This document shows, one piece after another, positions 49,962 through 58,879 of a DNA stretch of 64,000 nucleotides (positions are counted from its first letter, which is position 1; every line of letters begins with the position of its first letter). The notes under the pieces are model-generated. The model saw nothing but the letters and a program-made list of their open reading frames with translations, was not told the DNA's origin and did no database searches. A program made the translations under genes and the position numbers. Origin of the DNA: an uncultured Acidimicrobiaceae bacterium (GTDB lineage Bacteria; Actinomycetota; Acidimicrobiia; Acidimicrobiales; Bog-793); NCBI GenBank assembly GCA_963804265.1, contig CAWDPZ010000005.1, positions 6,799-70,798 of the forward strand, written 5' to 3'.

Positions 49962-50969
49962 CGCTCCTTCTCCCACCAGTGCTCGGGCGCCCTGCCCGTC
50001 GAGACCAGGGCCGCGATCTGGGTCGCGGCGTATTCGGCCGAGGGCAGGAACCGCAGCTCGAGCTCTGAACCGTAGGGAACATGGACGTCCGGTGCCGTTA
50101 CACGCGCCACAGGGGCCCGCAGGCTCGTCGTGGCACCTGGAGGCGACATGAGAGGCGATCTCGGCGCCCCATCCTCCCGTGAGCTGGTTCTCCTCGACCG
50201 TGACCAGCCGTCCGGTCTTGGACACCGACCGCTCCACGATCTCCTTGTCCCAGGGCATCAAGGTCCGAAGGTCGATGACCTCGGCGTCAAAGCCTTCGGC
50301 CTGCGCGGCGGCCTCGAGGGCGACGGCGACCGTCTGCCCGAGAGCGACGACGGTCACGTCGCCTCCCTGCCTGGCGATCTCGCCCACGCCGAGGGGGACG
50401 ACGGCATCCTCGTTCGGCTCGAACTCCTCGCGGCGCCCGTACAGGGTCCGGGGCTCGAGCACGACGACAGGGTCGGGGTCGCGGATCGCCGCCTTGGTCA
50501 GCCCGTAGGCCGAGCGGGCGCCGGACGCGACGGCAAGCTTCAGTCCGGGCGTGCCGAGGAGCCACCGCTCCAATGTCTGGGAGTGCTGGCATCCGAAGCC
50601 GAGTCCCGATCCGCACGAGGCCCGCACCGTGAGGGGAGCGTTCAGCCTCCCCCCGGACAGGTAGTGCATCATCGCCGCTTCGGTGACCACCTGGTCGAGG
50701 GCGACACCGAGGAACTCGATGAACATGATCTCCACGACGGGGCGCAATCCGGTTAGGGCCGCCCCTACGGCTGCGCCGAGGAATCCCATCTCGGATATCG
50801 GCGTGTCGCGGACCCGGACCGGGCCGAAGCGCTCGAGGAGCCCCTCGGAGGTCTTGAACGGGCCCTCGGCCTCGGCGATGTCCTCCCCGAAGACCACAAC
50901 CGTCGGGTCACGCTCCATCTCCTCGCGGATCGCCAACGTGATCGCCTGGTTCATCCTGAGTCTTGCCAC
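49958..50969 (-). pseudogene. 2-oxoacid/acetoin dehydrogenase E1 beta subunit, one frame disruption
   Basis: MARLRMNQAITLAIREEMERDPTVVVFGEDI...RVRDTPISEMGFLGAAVGAALTGLRPVVEIMF...EENQLTGGWGAEIASHVA shifts near 50135 into 49958..50149 (LRAPVARVTAPDVHVPYGSELE). The ATGA overlaps the E1 alpha start. Beta precedes alpha. Confidence 0.85.
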
Positions 50970-50994
50970 GCCTCACCACATCCTCGTCACGTCG

Positions 50995-52305
50995 TCAGTC
51001 CCCGTTCCTCACGTCACCGGCCTTCGCGTGGCCGCTCCGATCCCCGAACCCGCCTGCGGTCCCGAGCGACTCGATCTCGTCGTCGCGCAGTCCGAGCACC
51101 TCCTCGAGCACCTCGCGAGTGTGCTCGCCGAGGAGGGGTCCGCGCCGGCGCACCGGCCCGGCTCCGCCCATGCGGGCCGCGCCTGCGACCTGGCGGACCG
51201 TGCCGAGGCTGGGGTGCTCGGTCTCGACGATCATGCCTCTTTCGGCGACCAGGGGATCGGCGAGGGCGCCGCCGACGTCGTTGACCGGTCCGCAAGGGAT
51301 GCCTTTCGACGACAGGGCCGCGAGCCACTCGTCCGTCGAGCGCTGCGAGAACAGTTCGCACAGCTGCGGCACGACGACATCGGCGTTGCGCCGGCGCGCC
51401 TCGAAGCTGGCGTAGTCCGGGTCGGTCTTCCACTCGGGCCTGCCGAGCTCGTCGACGAGGCGGCTCCAGAACTTCTCCTTCGGGCAGGCCACGACGATCC
51501 AGCCGTCGGCGGTCGGGAAGTTCTGGAACGGGACCATCGAGGGATGTGCCGACATCGGCATGCGGCGTGGTTGGTAGCCGCCGCTCAGGTGCCACGTGGC
51601 GACGTAGCTCAGCATCGAGACGGCCACGTCGAACAAGGCGACATCGCAGTCGGTGCCGACGCCGGTCTGCCGGGCGGCGACGACTCCGGCGAGGAGCGCC
51701 ATCGCCGCCGCAAGCCCCGTCGAGAAGTCGACGACGGAGAGACCCGCCTTCGCCGGTGGTTCATCGGGGCCCCCGGTGAGTGACATCCAGCCCGCCCGGC
51801 CCTGCATGATGTAGTCGTAGCCCGGCTCCGCCTGGGCGGAGCCGGTCATGCCGTAAGAGGTGAGGAAGCAGCAGACGATGCGCTCGTTGAGGTGGCGCAG
51901 GTCGGCGTACCTGATCTTGAGCTTCTCCGGCACGTCGCCGCGGACGTTGGCGAAGACCGCGTCCGACTTCTCGACGAGACGGTTGAACACGGCGCGCCCT
52001 GACGGGTTCTCGACATCCAGGAGAATGCTGCGCTTTCCGCGGTTGAAGGTCTCGAAGAACAGGCTCGAGTCCTCGCTCCGGAACGGTGGCACGGACCGGC
52101 CGACGTCACCCCCGCTCGAAGGGTCCTCGACCTTGATCACGTCCGCGCCGAGATCGACCAGCTGCGACGTGCCGAAAGGCCCGGCGCCGTACTGCTCGAG
52201 GGCGAGGATCCTCAGGCCGTGCAGGGGTCCTCGGGCAACCGTGCCCCCGGCATCGGTGCCGTCCGCGGGCGAGTCGGTGCGTGCCGTCTCCTCAGAGCCG
52301 GCCAA
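50995..52305 (-). CDS. Family III (CaiB/BaiF) CoA-transferase (third copy, intact)
   Basis: Intact 436-aa ORF (LRILALEQYGAGPFGTSQLVDLGADVIKVEDP...VFANVRGDVPEKLKIRYADL...CCFLTSYGMTG...). Confidence 0.9.
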   Translation of the reverse strand: MAGSEETARTDSPADGTDAGGTVARGPLHGLRILALEQYGAGPFGTSQLVDLGADVIKVEDPSSGGDVGRSVPPFRSEDSSLFFETFNRGKRSILLDVENPSGRAVFNRLVEKSDAVFANVRGDVPEKLKIRYADLRHLNERIVCCFLTSYGMTGSAQAEPGYDYIMQGRAGWMSLTGGPDEPPAKAGLSVVDFSTGLAAAMALLAGVVAARQTGVGTDCDVALFDVAVSMLSYVATWHLSGGYQPRRMPMSAHPSMVPFQNFPTADGWIVVACPKEKFWSRLVDELGRPEWKTDPDYASFEARRRNADVVVPQLCELFSQRSTDEWLAALSSKGIPCGPVNDVGGALADPLVAERGMIVETEHPSLGTVRQVAGAARMGGAGPVRRRGPLLGEHTREVLEEVLGLRDDEIESLGTAGGFGDRSGHAKAGDVRNGD

Positions 52306-52344
52306 TCGAGCCCTCGCAGTCGGCGCCGAGCTCTGTCGTAGCGG

Positions 52345-53460
52345 TCACTTGTCGGCCCGGAACTCAGCGATGAAGTCTTCGTCGAGCTCCCAGCCGAGCC
52401 CCGGCCCATCGGGCAGCTTGAACAGCCCGTTCTCGAGCTCCGGCCTGTTGGCGAGCATGCGCCAGAAGATGGGGTCGCGCTCGGGGTGGAACGCCTCGGC
52501 GTAGGTGCCGTGCGGGATCGAGGCGAGGAGATGGCTCGAGAGGTGGGCCTCCTCGTGATGGGCCATCTCCACTCCGAAGCTCATCGCCATCTGCGCCACC
52601 CTGCGCCACTCCGTCGGTCCGCCGCCCCAGGAGGCGTCGAAGTTGGACACGTCGATCGCCTCGCCGGTCATGAGGTCCCGCATCGCCACCCGATTGATCT
52701 CCGTCTGGCCGGCGGCGACCGGAACGCCCGTCTTCAGGCGGACGGTCTGCATGGAGCGGCGGTCGTCCGGCCACTGGCACGGCTCCTCGAACCAGCGCAG
52801 CTGGACGAAGTCTCGCGTCCCCTCGACGAACTCGATCGCCTGGGAGGCCGTCCAGCCCTGATTCGCGTCGACGAGGAACACGAAGCCCGGGCGGGCCGTC
52901 TTCACGGCGCGGCGGAGCCGCTGCAGGTCCTCCTCGGGCGAGGCGCCGCCGATCTTGAACTTCATGCCGACAAAGCCCCCGTCGGAGAAGAAGCTGACCT
53001 CCTTCTCGATGTTGGCGGGATCGTCGGTGTAGTAGCCGCCGATGCCGATCATGGGGATGTCGGAGCGGAACCCGCCCCAGAGGCGGTAGAGCGGCGTCTC
53101 GAGCGCCTTGCCGACGGCGTCCCAGAGGGCCGTGTCCACGCAGCCGATCGCCTGCATGGCAAAGCGGCGGTCACGCAGCTGGTCGAAGGTGATGCGGCGC
53201 ATGGCCTCCCAGCAGTCCTCTATAGCAAAGGCGTCCCGTCCCACGAGTAGAGGCGTCAGCTCGTCGCGCACGATCGTCATGATCGCGGCCTGCTCGTCGT
53301 CGGCATCCGCGTTGTACGACTCGCCGACGACGCCCTCCTCGGTCGTGACGCGGGTGATGATCGTGCATCGGCGCGGCATGCGGTAGTAGCTGCCGCGGTA
53401 GAGCCGCGCCAGGGTGACGCGCACCGGTACGGTCTCGATCGATCGGATGCGAAGTCGCAC
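52345..53460 (-). CDS. Enolase-superfamily enzyme (mandelate racemase/muconate lactonizing type)
   Basis: I prefer the GTG at 53460, preceded by GGGGGG (VRLRIRSIETVPVRV...). The ORF track extends it to a TTG at 53565. Motifs are AIGCVDTALWDAVGK, FKIGG, LVDANQGW, WFEEP and AAGQTE. The gene is intact. Confidence 0.85.
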   Translation of the reverse strand: MRLRIRSIETVPVRVTLARLYRGSYYRMPRRCTIITRVTTEEGVVGESYNADADDEQAAIMTIVRDELTPLLVGRDAFAIEDCWEAMRRITFDQLRDRRFAMQAIGCVDTALWDAVGKALETPLYRLWGGFRSDIPMIGIGGYYTDDPANIEKEVSFFSDGGFVGMKFKIGGASPEEDLQRLRRAVKTARPGFVFLVDANQGWTASQAIEFVEGTRDFVQLRWFEEPCQWPDDRRSMQTVRLKTGVPVAAGQTEINRVAMRDLMTGEAIDVSNFDASWGGGPTEWRRVAQMAMSFGVEMAHHEEAHLSSHLLASIPHGTYAEAFHPERDPIFWRMLANRPELENGLFKLPDGPGLGWELDEDFIAEFRADK

Positions 53461-53584
53461 TGCCCCCCAACTTTCGTATCGTTCCGTGTCCTCTGGCGAG
53501 CGGAGATCCTGTCCGCCGTCACGCACTTTCACACTGGCGAGGATGGCACTGACTTTCCTCGCCAAATTACTGGTATCGATTCCG

Positions 53585-53614
53585 AGACTAGTCGGCCCAG
53601 AGATGCGTCGTCAA
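53585..53614 (-). promoter_or_regulatory. Promoter candidate (minus strand) TTGACG-N18-TAGTCT
   Basis: The reverse complement of 53609-53614 is TTGACG and that of 53585-53590 is TAGTCT. The site is about 120 nt upstream of the enolase GTG start. Confidence 0.3.
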
Positions 53615-53682
53615 CCAGCCAGCCCTGCCTTCAGCTGCCCCGTCGCGAAACCGAAACCTTGGATTCCGTCCGTTCCGAGCAA

Positions 53683-53701
53683 GGGCATGAAACGTTTGCC
53701 C
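53683..53701. promoter_or_regulatory. LacI-family operator-like site GGGCA-TGAAACGTTTGC-CC (perfect AAACGTTT core)
   Basis: Read directly. The 12-mer TGAAACGTTTGC (53688-53699) matches its own reverse complement at 10/12 positions and is centred on CG, as in LacI/PurR/CcpA-type operators. It is the only AAACGTTT I noticed in the window. Confidence 0.45.
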
Positions 53702-53894
53702 TGCAGCCGTCAGGGCGAGACTCCGGCGTGTTGCCATCGCCAAGTCACCTTCGGCTCAGGCCGGTGACGCGGTATGCGGCCGGCCGCGATCGGAATTCTC
53801 GCGGACCGGGAGTTTCGGACCGGAGCACCTCTTTGCGGGGCGGCGGGGCCTACGAACAGGTGCTGGAACACCTCCGGCCACCATGAGCGACGGC

Positions 53895-53911
53895 GAACCG
53901 GCACCCGGTTC
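53895..53911 (+). other. Perfect hairpin GAACCGG-CAC-CCGGTTC followed by a pyrimidine/T-rich stretch
   Basis: Read directly inside the approximately 800-bp noncoding gap. Its function is unknown (weak terminator or leader structure). Confidence 0.25.
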
Positions 53912-54148
53912 TGCATCCTCTTTACTCCGGGCCGACCGGAGGATCCCCTGCGCGCCAGCCGCCCGGAGCTCGCCAGGTCTCAATCCTTTCGCCTGAGCAC
54001 CCCTGTTTCCAAGGCTTCTAGCAGCTCAAGATCCGGCTCCTGCCGTCGCTCAGCGCCTTCGCCCAGATCGGCGGGAAGATCCAGGCCCGTCGCCCGGGGA
54101 GCGGGGAGCGGTTCGGGGCCGATACGCTTCGGCGACCGATCCCGGTTC

Positions 54149-54177
54149 TTGACGTCTCCGTGTGGTCCAGATACAGT
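54149..54177 (+). promoter_or_regulatory. Promoter candidate TTGACG-N17-TACAGT
   Basis: This is the best sigma-70/SigA-like match I found in the window. It lies about 90 nt upstream of the bicupin GTG start. Confidence 0.45.
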
Positions 54178-54268
54178 TTGGCCACAATCGATTCCGGTCC
54201 CGAGGGGGGGAGTCGTCGGCGGCGCTGGGGAGATCAGCGCCCCGACGATGCGGAGAAGGAGGCTGCAC

Positions 54269-55207
54269 GTGACGGACAGCAAGCTTGATTGGGAGACGCT
54301 GACGCAGTGGTCCAAGGGCTTCCCCTTCCGTGGGAACAAGCAGGTCCCGACGGTGATACCCCGGCGGTCCATCCCGTTCTCGTCGTGGGGGCCGGACCCC
54401 GACGGCTGGCACCGCACGCCGTGCTGGATCTACACGAGCACCCCGCAGATCGGTTTCGTGTGCACGATGTCGGTCGCGCCCGGCGACTTCTTCGAGAACG
54501 GCAACCACCCGAACGTCGAGACCTACTACCAGATGTCCGGCACGCTGCATGTGCAGAACGCCGACACCGGGCAGGTCATCGAGGTGCGTCCCGGCGACGG
54601 CTTCGTCATGCCGGCCTTCGAGTACCACATAGGCCACAACTTCTCGACCGAGGAGTCGGTCACCTTGTGCTGCGTTCCCGGCGAGTCGCACACCGAGGAG
54701 TTCCACAAGAACCCGATCCTGGCGGAGAACTACGCCCGCGAGCCCGTGACGCTGTTCGGGAAGTCCAACTCGAACTCCGGGTTCCCGTCCCAGCTGCGCC
54801 ACCTCGCGGAGTGGCCTTCCATGAACCCGAACTCGCGCGGCAAGAGCGACTTCGTGAGCGTGCCCCGCGCCGACTGGCTGAACGTCGTGCTCGGCGCGGA
54901 CCCTCGTCACGCGCTGCTGGCGTCGTTCTATTACAGCTCGCCGCAGCTGGCCGCCTACAGCGTCACGGTGCCGCCGAACCGTATCGGCCAGGCACACGCC
55001 ATCAACGGCGAGACGGTGATCTACGTCAAGGAGCTCGACGTGATCATCGACGTGCTGGAGACCGGCGAGAGTCTCTACGCCGAGGAAGGCGACGCCGTCT
55101 TCATTCCGCCAGGCGTCAAGTTCCAGTACCAGAACCGGCGCGACAAGACCGTGGAGGTGATGGTGTTCAGCTCGCCGTGGGACCCGGCGACTTTGGTCCC
55201 GAGTTGA
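54269..55207 (+). CDS. Hypothetical protein, probable double-cupin fold
   Basis: A GTG at 54269 lies 6 nt after AGAAGGAGG (54254-54262). The two cupin-like halves are GDFFENGNHPNVETYYQMSGTLHVQN...GDGFVMPAFEYHIGHN and IGQAHAINGETVIYV...GDAVFIPPGVKFQYQN. The ORF-track extension to 53774 is rejected. Confidence 0.55.
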   Translation: MTDSKLDWETLTQWSKGFPFRGNKQVPTVIPRRSIPFSSWGPDPDGWHRTPCWIYTSTPQIGFVCTMSVAPGDFFENGNHPNVETYYQMSGTLHVQNADTGQVIEVRPGDGFVMPAFEYHIGHNFSTEESVTLCCVPGESHTEEFHKNPILAENYAREPVTLFGKSNSNSGFPSQLRHLAEWPSMNPNSRGKSDFVSVPRADWLNVVLGADPRHALLASFYYSSPQLAAYSVTVPPNRIGQAHAINGETVIYVKELDVIIDVLETGESLYAEEGDAVFIPPGVKFQYQNRRDKTVEVMVFSSPWDPATLVPS

Positions 55208-55297
55208 TTCAGCGACGGCGGAGGCGCCGCCGTGGGCCGCAGGCTCAGGGCGCCGCACCGGCAACAAAGCATCTCTTTCAACTACCAAGGGGGGTTT

Positions 55298-56881
55298 ATG
55301 GAAAATCTGTCACGTAGGGAGTTCCTCGGCTACGGCGCGGCGGCGGCGGCTGGTGGGGTCGCGCTCGGTCTCGGTGCTCCGGCGCTCGGAGCCGGCGCGA
55401 CCGAGCGCCACCAGGCTGAGGCTGAGGAGCCCCATGCCGGCAACACCGGCTCGATCACGGTCGGGATGCGTGCCATCCTCACCAGCTTGAGCCCGTTCGC
55501 CATCCAGGGCTACCAGTGGTCCCAGATGATGGGATTCGTCCTCTACGACCCGCTCGTGCAGGTCATGGCGGACGGCACCCTGGCACCTGTCGCGGCGGCG
55601 TCGTGGGACACCTCGAGCCCGACCCAGACGATCATCCACGTGCGGCCCGGGATGCACTTCCACAACGGTGCGGAAGTCACCGCGAAGGACGTCGCCTACT
55701 CGATCGCCGCCCGCTGCGACCCGAAGGTCATCGCGGTCACGAGCGGTCGGCCGGTGATGTCGCCCAAGCAGTGGGCGGGCGTCACGACGCCGAGCAAGTA
55801 CACCGTCGTCGTGCACACGACCTCCCGCGTTCGCCTGCTCGAGAACCCGCAGCCGATCCTCGTCGTGCCCTACAACGCCTTCAAGCTCTTCAACGTCAAC
55901 ACCCAGGACGTCGGGTCCGGGCCGTTCACGCTCGAGAACTTCGTGAGCGGCAGCAGCCTGGCCGTGGCGGCGAACCCGAACTACTGGGGCGGCGAGCCGA
56001 AGATCCGCACGCTGACCTTCCGGCTCTTCAACGACGTCTCCGAGGAGGCGCTCAACATCCGCTCCGGCGAGGTGCAGGGCATCTACGACGTCGACCCGCT
56101 GAACTTCAAGCAGGTCTCGGGCGTGCCGAACACCAAGGTCATCCGCGAGGCGACGTACGCCAACTGGTGGATCATCCAGATGGGCCAGCCGCCGTTCGAC
56201 AACCCGGCGGTGCGCAGAGCCATCCGCTATTGCTTCAACATGCCGCTCATCAACAAGACGGCTTTCGGCGGCCTCGGCACCCACCCCTGGGACGGGTTCG
56301 GCTTCTACCCGCCCTCCTGGCAGATCAGCCAGAAGTACACGGGCGGCTACGACCCGGCCAAGGCGGCGTCGCTGCTCAAGGCGGCCGGTGTCAAGACGCC
56401 GTTCAACGTCGGGCTGATCGGCCTGAACAACTACCAGGACTCGATCAACGAGGGCCAGGTCATCCAGCAGGGGCTGAAGGCGGCCGGGCTCAACGCCACC
56501 TTCCAGGCCCTCACCGACGGGGACTGGCTGTCGTCGACCTACGGCAAGGGCAACTGGACGGGTCTCGCCTTCAACGCGGGCAACATCCCGTTCCCGTTCC
56601 TCAACTTCTGGGACTACCTCGTCGACCCCTCGAGCCTGCTGAGCGCCTACAAGAAGGGCTATCCGAACCCGACCGTGGCGGCGCTCTACAACAAGGTGGA
56701 GGCCGGCACGGATCCGCAGGAGCCGGCGCTGCTGAAGCAGGCCCAGACGATGATCCTGAACGACGCCGTCGTGTACTTCATGTTCGGCGGACCGGTCAAC
56801 ATGATCCTGCCCAACAACGTCCACGGTGTGATCGTGAACGGATACGGTGACGTGAGGTGGCACAAGGCTTCCTTCTCGTAA
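55298..56881 (+). CDS. ABC transporter substrate-binding protein, family 5 (peptide/nickel type), Tat-type signal
   Basis: ATG at 55298 follows GGGGGG. MENLSRREFLGYGAAAAAGGVALGLGAP is followed by an intact family-5 body. Confidence 0.9.
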   Translation: MENLSRREFLGYGAAAAAGGVALGLGAPALGAGATERHQAEAEEPHAGNTGSITVGMRAILTSLSPFAIQGYQWSQMMGFVLYDPLVQVMADGTLAPVAAASWDTSSPTQTIIHVRPGMHFHNGAEVTAKDVAYSIAARCDPKVIAVTSGRPVMSPKQWAGVTTPSKYTVVVHTTSRVRLLENPQPILVVPYNAFKLFNVNTQDVGSGPFTLENFVSGSSLAVAANPNYWGGEPKIRTLTFRLFNDVSEEALNIRSGEVQGIYDVDPLNFKQVSGVPNTKVIREATYANWWIIQMGQPPFDNPAVRRAIRYCFNMPLINKTAFGGLGTHPWDGFGFYPPSWQISQKYTGGYDPAKAASLLKAAGVKTPFNVGLIGLNNYQDSINEGQVIQQGLKAAGLNATFQALTDGDWLSSTYGKGNWTGLAFNAGNIPFPFLNFWDYLVDPSSLLSAYKKGYPNPTVAALYNKVEAGTDPQEPALLKQAQTMILNDAVVYFMFGGPVNMILPNNVHGVIVNGYGDVRWHKASFS

Positions 56882-56898
56882 GCACGCTGCAGTAGGAC

Positions 56899-56935
56899 GG
56901 CCACCTCTCCTGCGGGGGAGGTGGCCGTTTCGATT
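56899..56935 (+). terminator. Intrinsic terminator/attenuator hairpin GGCCACCTC-N10-GAGGTGGCC + GTTTCGATTTCG
   Basis: 9-bp perfect stem (56899-56907 / 56918-56926) followed by a T-rich tract. It lies between the binding-protein and permease genes. Confidence 0.55.
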
Positions 56936-57010
56936 TCGTCCTCGGGGTGCTCCGGTCACGGCAAGGACCGGGCGCCCCGGCAGTATTGGAAACAGCCGAT
57001 AAGGGGTGGA

Positions 57011-57979
57011 GTGGCAAAGATCCTCGCGAGCAAGCTCCTTCAGCTCGTTCTTGTCCTGCTTGCCATCTCGGCCATCACGTTCTTCCTCCTGAGCGCGCTC
57101 CCCGGCAACGCCGCGCTCTACCGGATCGGGCCCCTGCCGAGCTACACGCCCCAAGAGCGCGCCGCGCTCATCGCCAAGCTGTCGGCGCAGCTGGGCCTCA
57201 ACAAGCCGCTCATCGTGCAGTACTGGATCTGGCTCACCCATGCCGTCCGCGGGGACTTCGGCCTCACGACCCAGGGCGAGCAGGTCACGACGCTGCTCGG
57301 CTCCTCGGTCTGGGCGAGCGTGGAGCTGGCGATCGCCGGCCTCGTGCCGAGCCTCATCGCCTCGTTCGCCGTGGCGCTCTGGGCGTTCCGGACGAGGTGG
57401 CGCCGAATGCAGGCGCTCGTGCAGGGCATCATGTCGACCCTCTTCGTGATCCCGAGCTTCTGGCTGGGGTTCCTCCTCGTCTACCTGCTGGCGGTGAAGA
57501 CCCAGTCGTTCCCGGCATCCGGCTTCGTGCCTCTCGCCCAATCGGCGTCCGGCAACTTCTCCCACCTCGTGCTGCCGGCGCTTACGCTCGCATGCCCGCT
57601 CACGGCCCTCTTCTTCCGCTACCTGCTGGCGGGGCTCGAAGAGGCCGAGATGGGGGCCTTCGTCGTCGCGGCGCGGGCCAAGGGCATCTCGGACCGCGCC
57701 GTCGCCTACAAGCACGTGCTCCCGAACGGCTTCCTGCCCACGATCACGATCGTCGGCCTCGCGACCGGTTCGCTGCTCAGCTCGCTCGTGATCGTCGAGT
57801 CGGTGTTCTCCTGGCCCGGGCTCGGGTCGCTCCTCGTGCAGTCGGTGACGGTACGCGACTTCAACACCCTCGTGGCGATCGTGCTCTTAACGGCGGCCGT
57901 CTTCGTGTTCACCTCGATCGTCGTCGACCTCATCTACTGGTTCGCCGACCCGCGGACCCGCCGTCCGGGGCAGGTGTAG
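57011..57979 (+). CDS. ABC transporter permease (DppB/OppB type)
   Basis: A GTG at 57011 follows AAGGGGTGGA. The sequence VAKILASKLLQLVLVLLAISAITFFLLSALPGN...ARAKGISDRAVAYKHVLPNGFLPT...WFADPRTR is intact. Confidence 0.9.
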   Translation: MAKILASKLLQLVLVLLAISAITFFLLSALPGNAALYRIGPLPSYTPQERAALIAKLSAQLGLNKPLIVQYWIWLTHAVRGDFGLTTQGEQVTTLLGSSVWASVELAIAGLVPSLIASFAVALWAFRTRWRRMQALVQGIMSTLFVIPSFWLGFLLVYLLAVKTQSFPASGFVPLAQSASGNFSHLVLPALTLACPLTALFFRYLLAGLEEAEMGAFVVAARAKGISDRAVAYKHVLPNGFLPTITIVGLATGSLLSSLVIVESVFSWPGLGSLLVQSVTVRDFNTLVAIVLLTAAVFVFTSIVVDLIYWFADPRTRRPGQV

Positions 57980-57982
57980 CCG

Positions 57983-58879
57983 GTGTCCCTCGCCTCGATC
58001 GCCGCCCCCCGCAAGGTTCTCGCCCCCGTCCGGGCCTTCTTCCGTCTGCCGAAGGCGCTCGTCGCGGCTGTCATCCTGCTCTTCCCGTTCGCCCTCATGG
58101 CCGTCATCCCCAGCCTCATCGCGCCCTACAGCCCTTACACGACCGTCGGGATCCCGCTTTCTGGACCGAGCGGCAGCAACTGGCTCGGGACCGACGAGAT
58201 CGGGCGCGACGTGCTGAGCCGCGTCATCTTCAGCGCCCAGAGCGACGTCGTCATCAGCCTCGCCGCCACAGCGATCGCCTTCATCGTCGGGTCGCTCATC
58301 GGCGTCTTCCTCGGCTACCGGGGAGGCTGGGTGGACACGGCCGGGACGCGGGTCGTCGACGTCGCGCTGGCCTTCCCGGCCATCGTGCTCGCCCTGTTCC
58401 TCATCGCCATCTTCGGCCACGGCGAGCTCGTCGAGATCGTCGCCATCGCGGCGGTGATGATGCCGTCCATGGCACGCTTTGCCCGCGGCACCAGCCTCCT
58501 TTTGAGAAACCGTGCCTACATCGAGTCGAGCGAGATCCTCCGTGCATCCCGTGCCTATGTGATCCGCCGGCATCTCGTGCCGAACGCCCTGCGCTCTCTG
58601 CTCGTGGCGGCGTCTGTCCTCGGGGCGAGCGCCGTGCTCATCTCCGCCGCGCTCAGCTACCTCGGCCTGGGCGTGACCCCTCCCACCCCGAGCTGGGGCA
58701 CGATGCTTTACAACGCCTTCCAGAACGTGTTCCAGGCGCCCATCTACGGCGTGGCCCCGGGCGTCTGCATCACCGTCCTCGCCTATGGCTACATGCTCCT
58801 CGGGCGCGGCCTCGGTGAGCTGCAGGGTCGCACAGGGCGCCAGGAACGCGCCTTTCGGACCTCGGTGACCCGGGTATGA
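57983..58879 (+). CDS. ABC transporter permease (DppC/OppC type)
   Basis: Intact 298-aa ORF (NWLGTDEIGRDVLSRVIF...RAYIESSEILRASRAYVIRRHLVPNA). Confidence 0.9.
   Translation: MSLASIAAPRKVLAPVRAFFRLPKALVAAVILLFPFALMAVIPSLIAPYSPYTTVGIPLSGPSGSNWLGTDEIGRDVLSRVIFSAQSDVVISLAATAIAFIVGSLIGVFLGYRGGWVDTAGTRVVDVALAFPAIVLALFLIAIFGHGELVEIVAIAAVMMPSMARFARGTSLLLRNRAYIESSEILRASRAYVIRRHLVPNALRSLLVAASVLGASAVLISAALSYLGLGVTPPTPSWGTMLYNAFQNVFQAPIYGVAPGVCITVLAYGYMLLGRGLGELQGRTGRQERAFRTSVTRV

Noticed and set aside
49104-50969. A single 621-aa fused E1 beta-alpha protein.
   Set aside because: The beta C-terminus (LRAPVARVTAPDVHVPYGSELE...) lies in the 49958..50149 frame and stops in an ATGA overlap with an alpha start that has its own GAAGGAG RBS. 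The fusion is an artefact of one frame change.
53774-54268. The N-terminal 165-aa extension of the bicupin ORF (53774..55207).
   Set aside because: The extension is Arg/Pro/Ser-rich with no motifs, and it contains a strong promoter match (54149-54177). It is followed by AGAAGGAGG-N6-GTG at 54269, which marks the real start.
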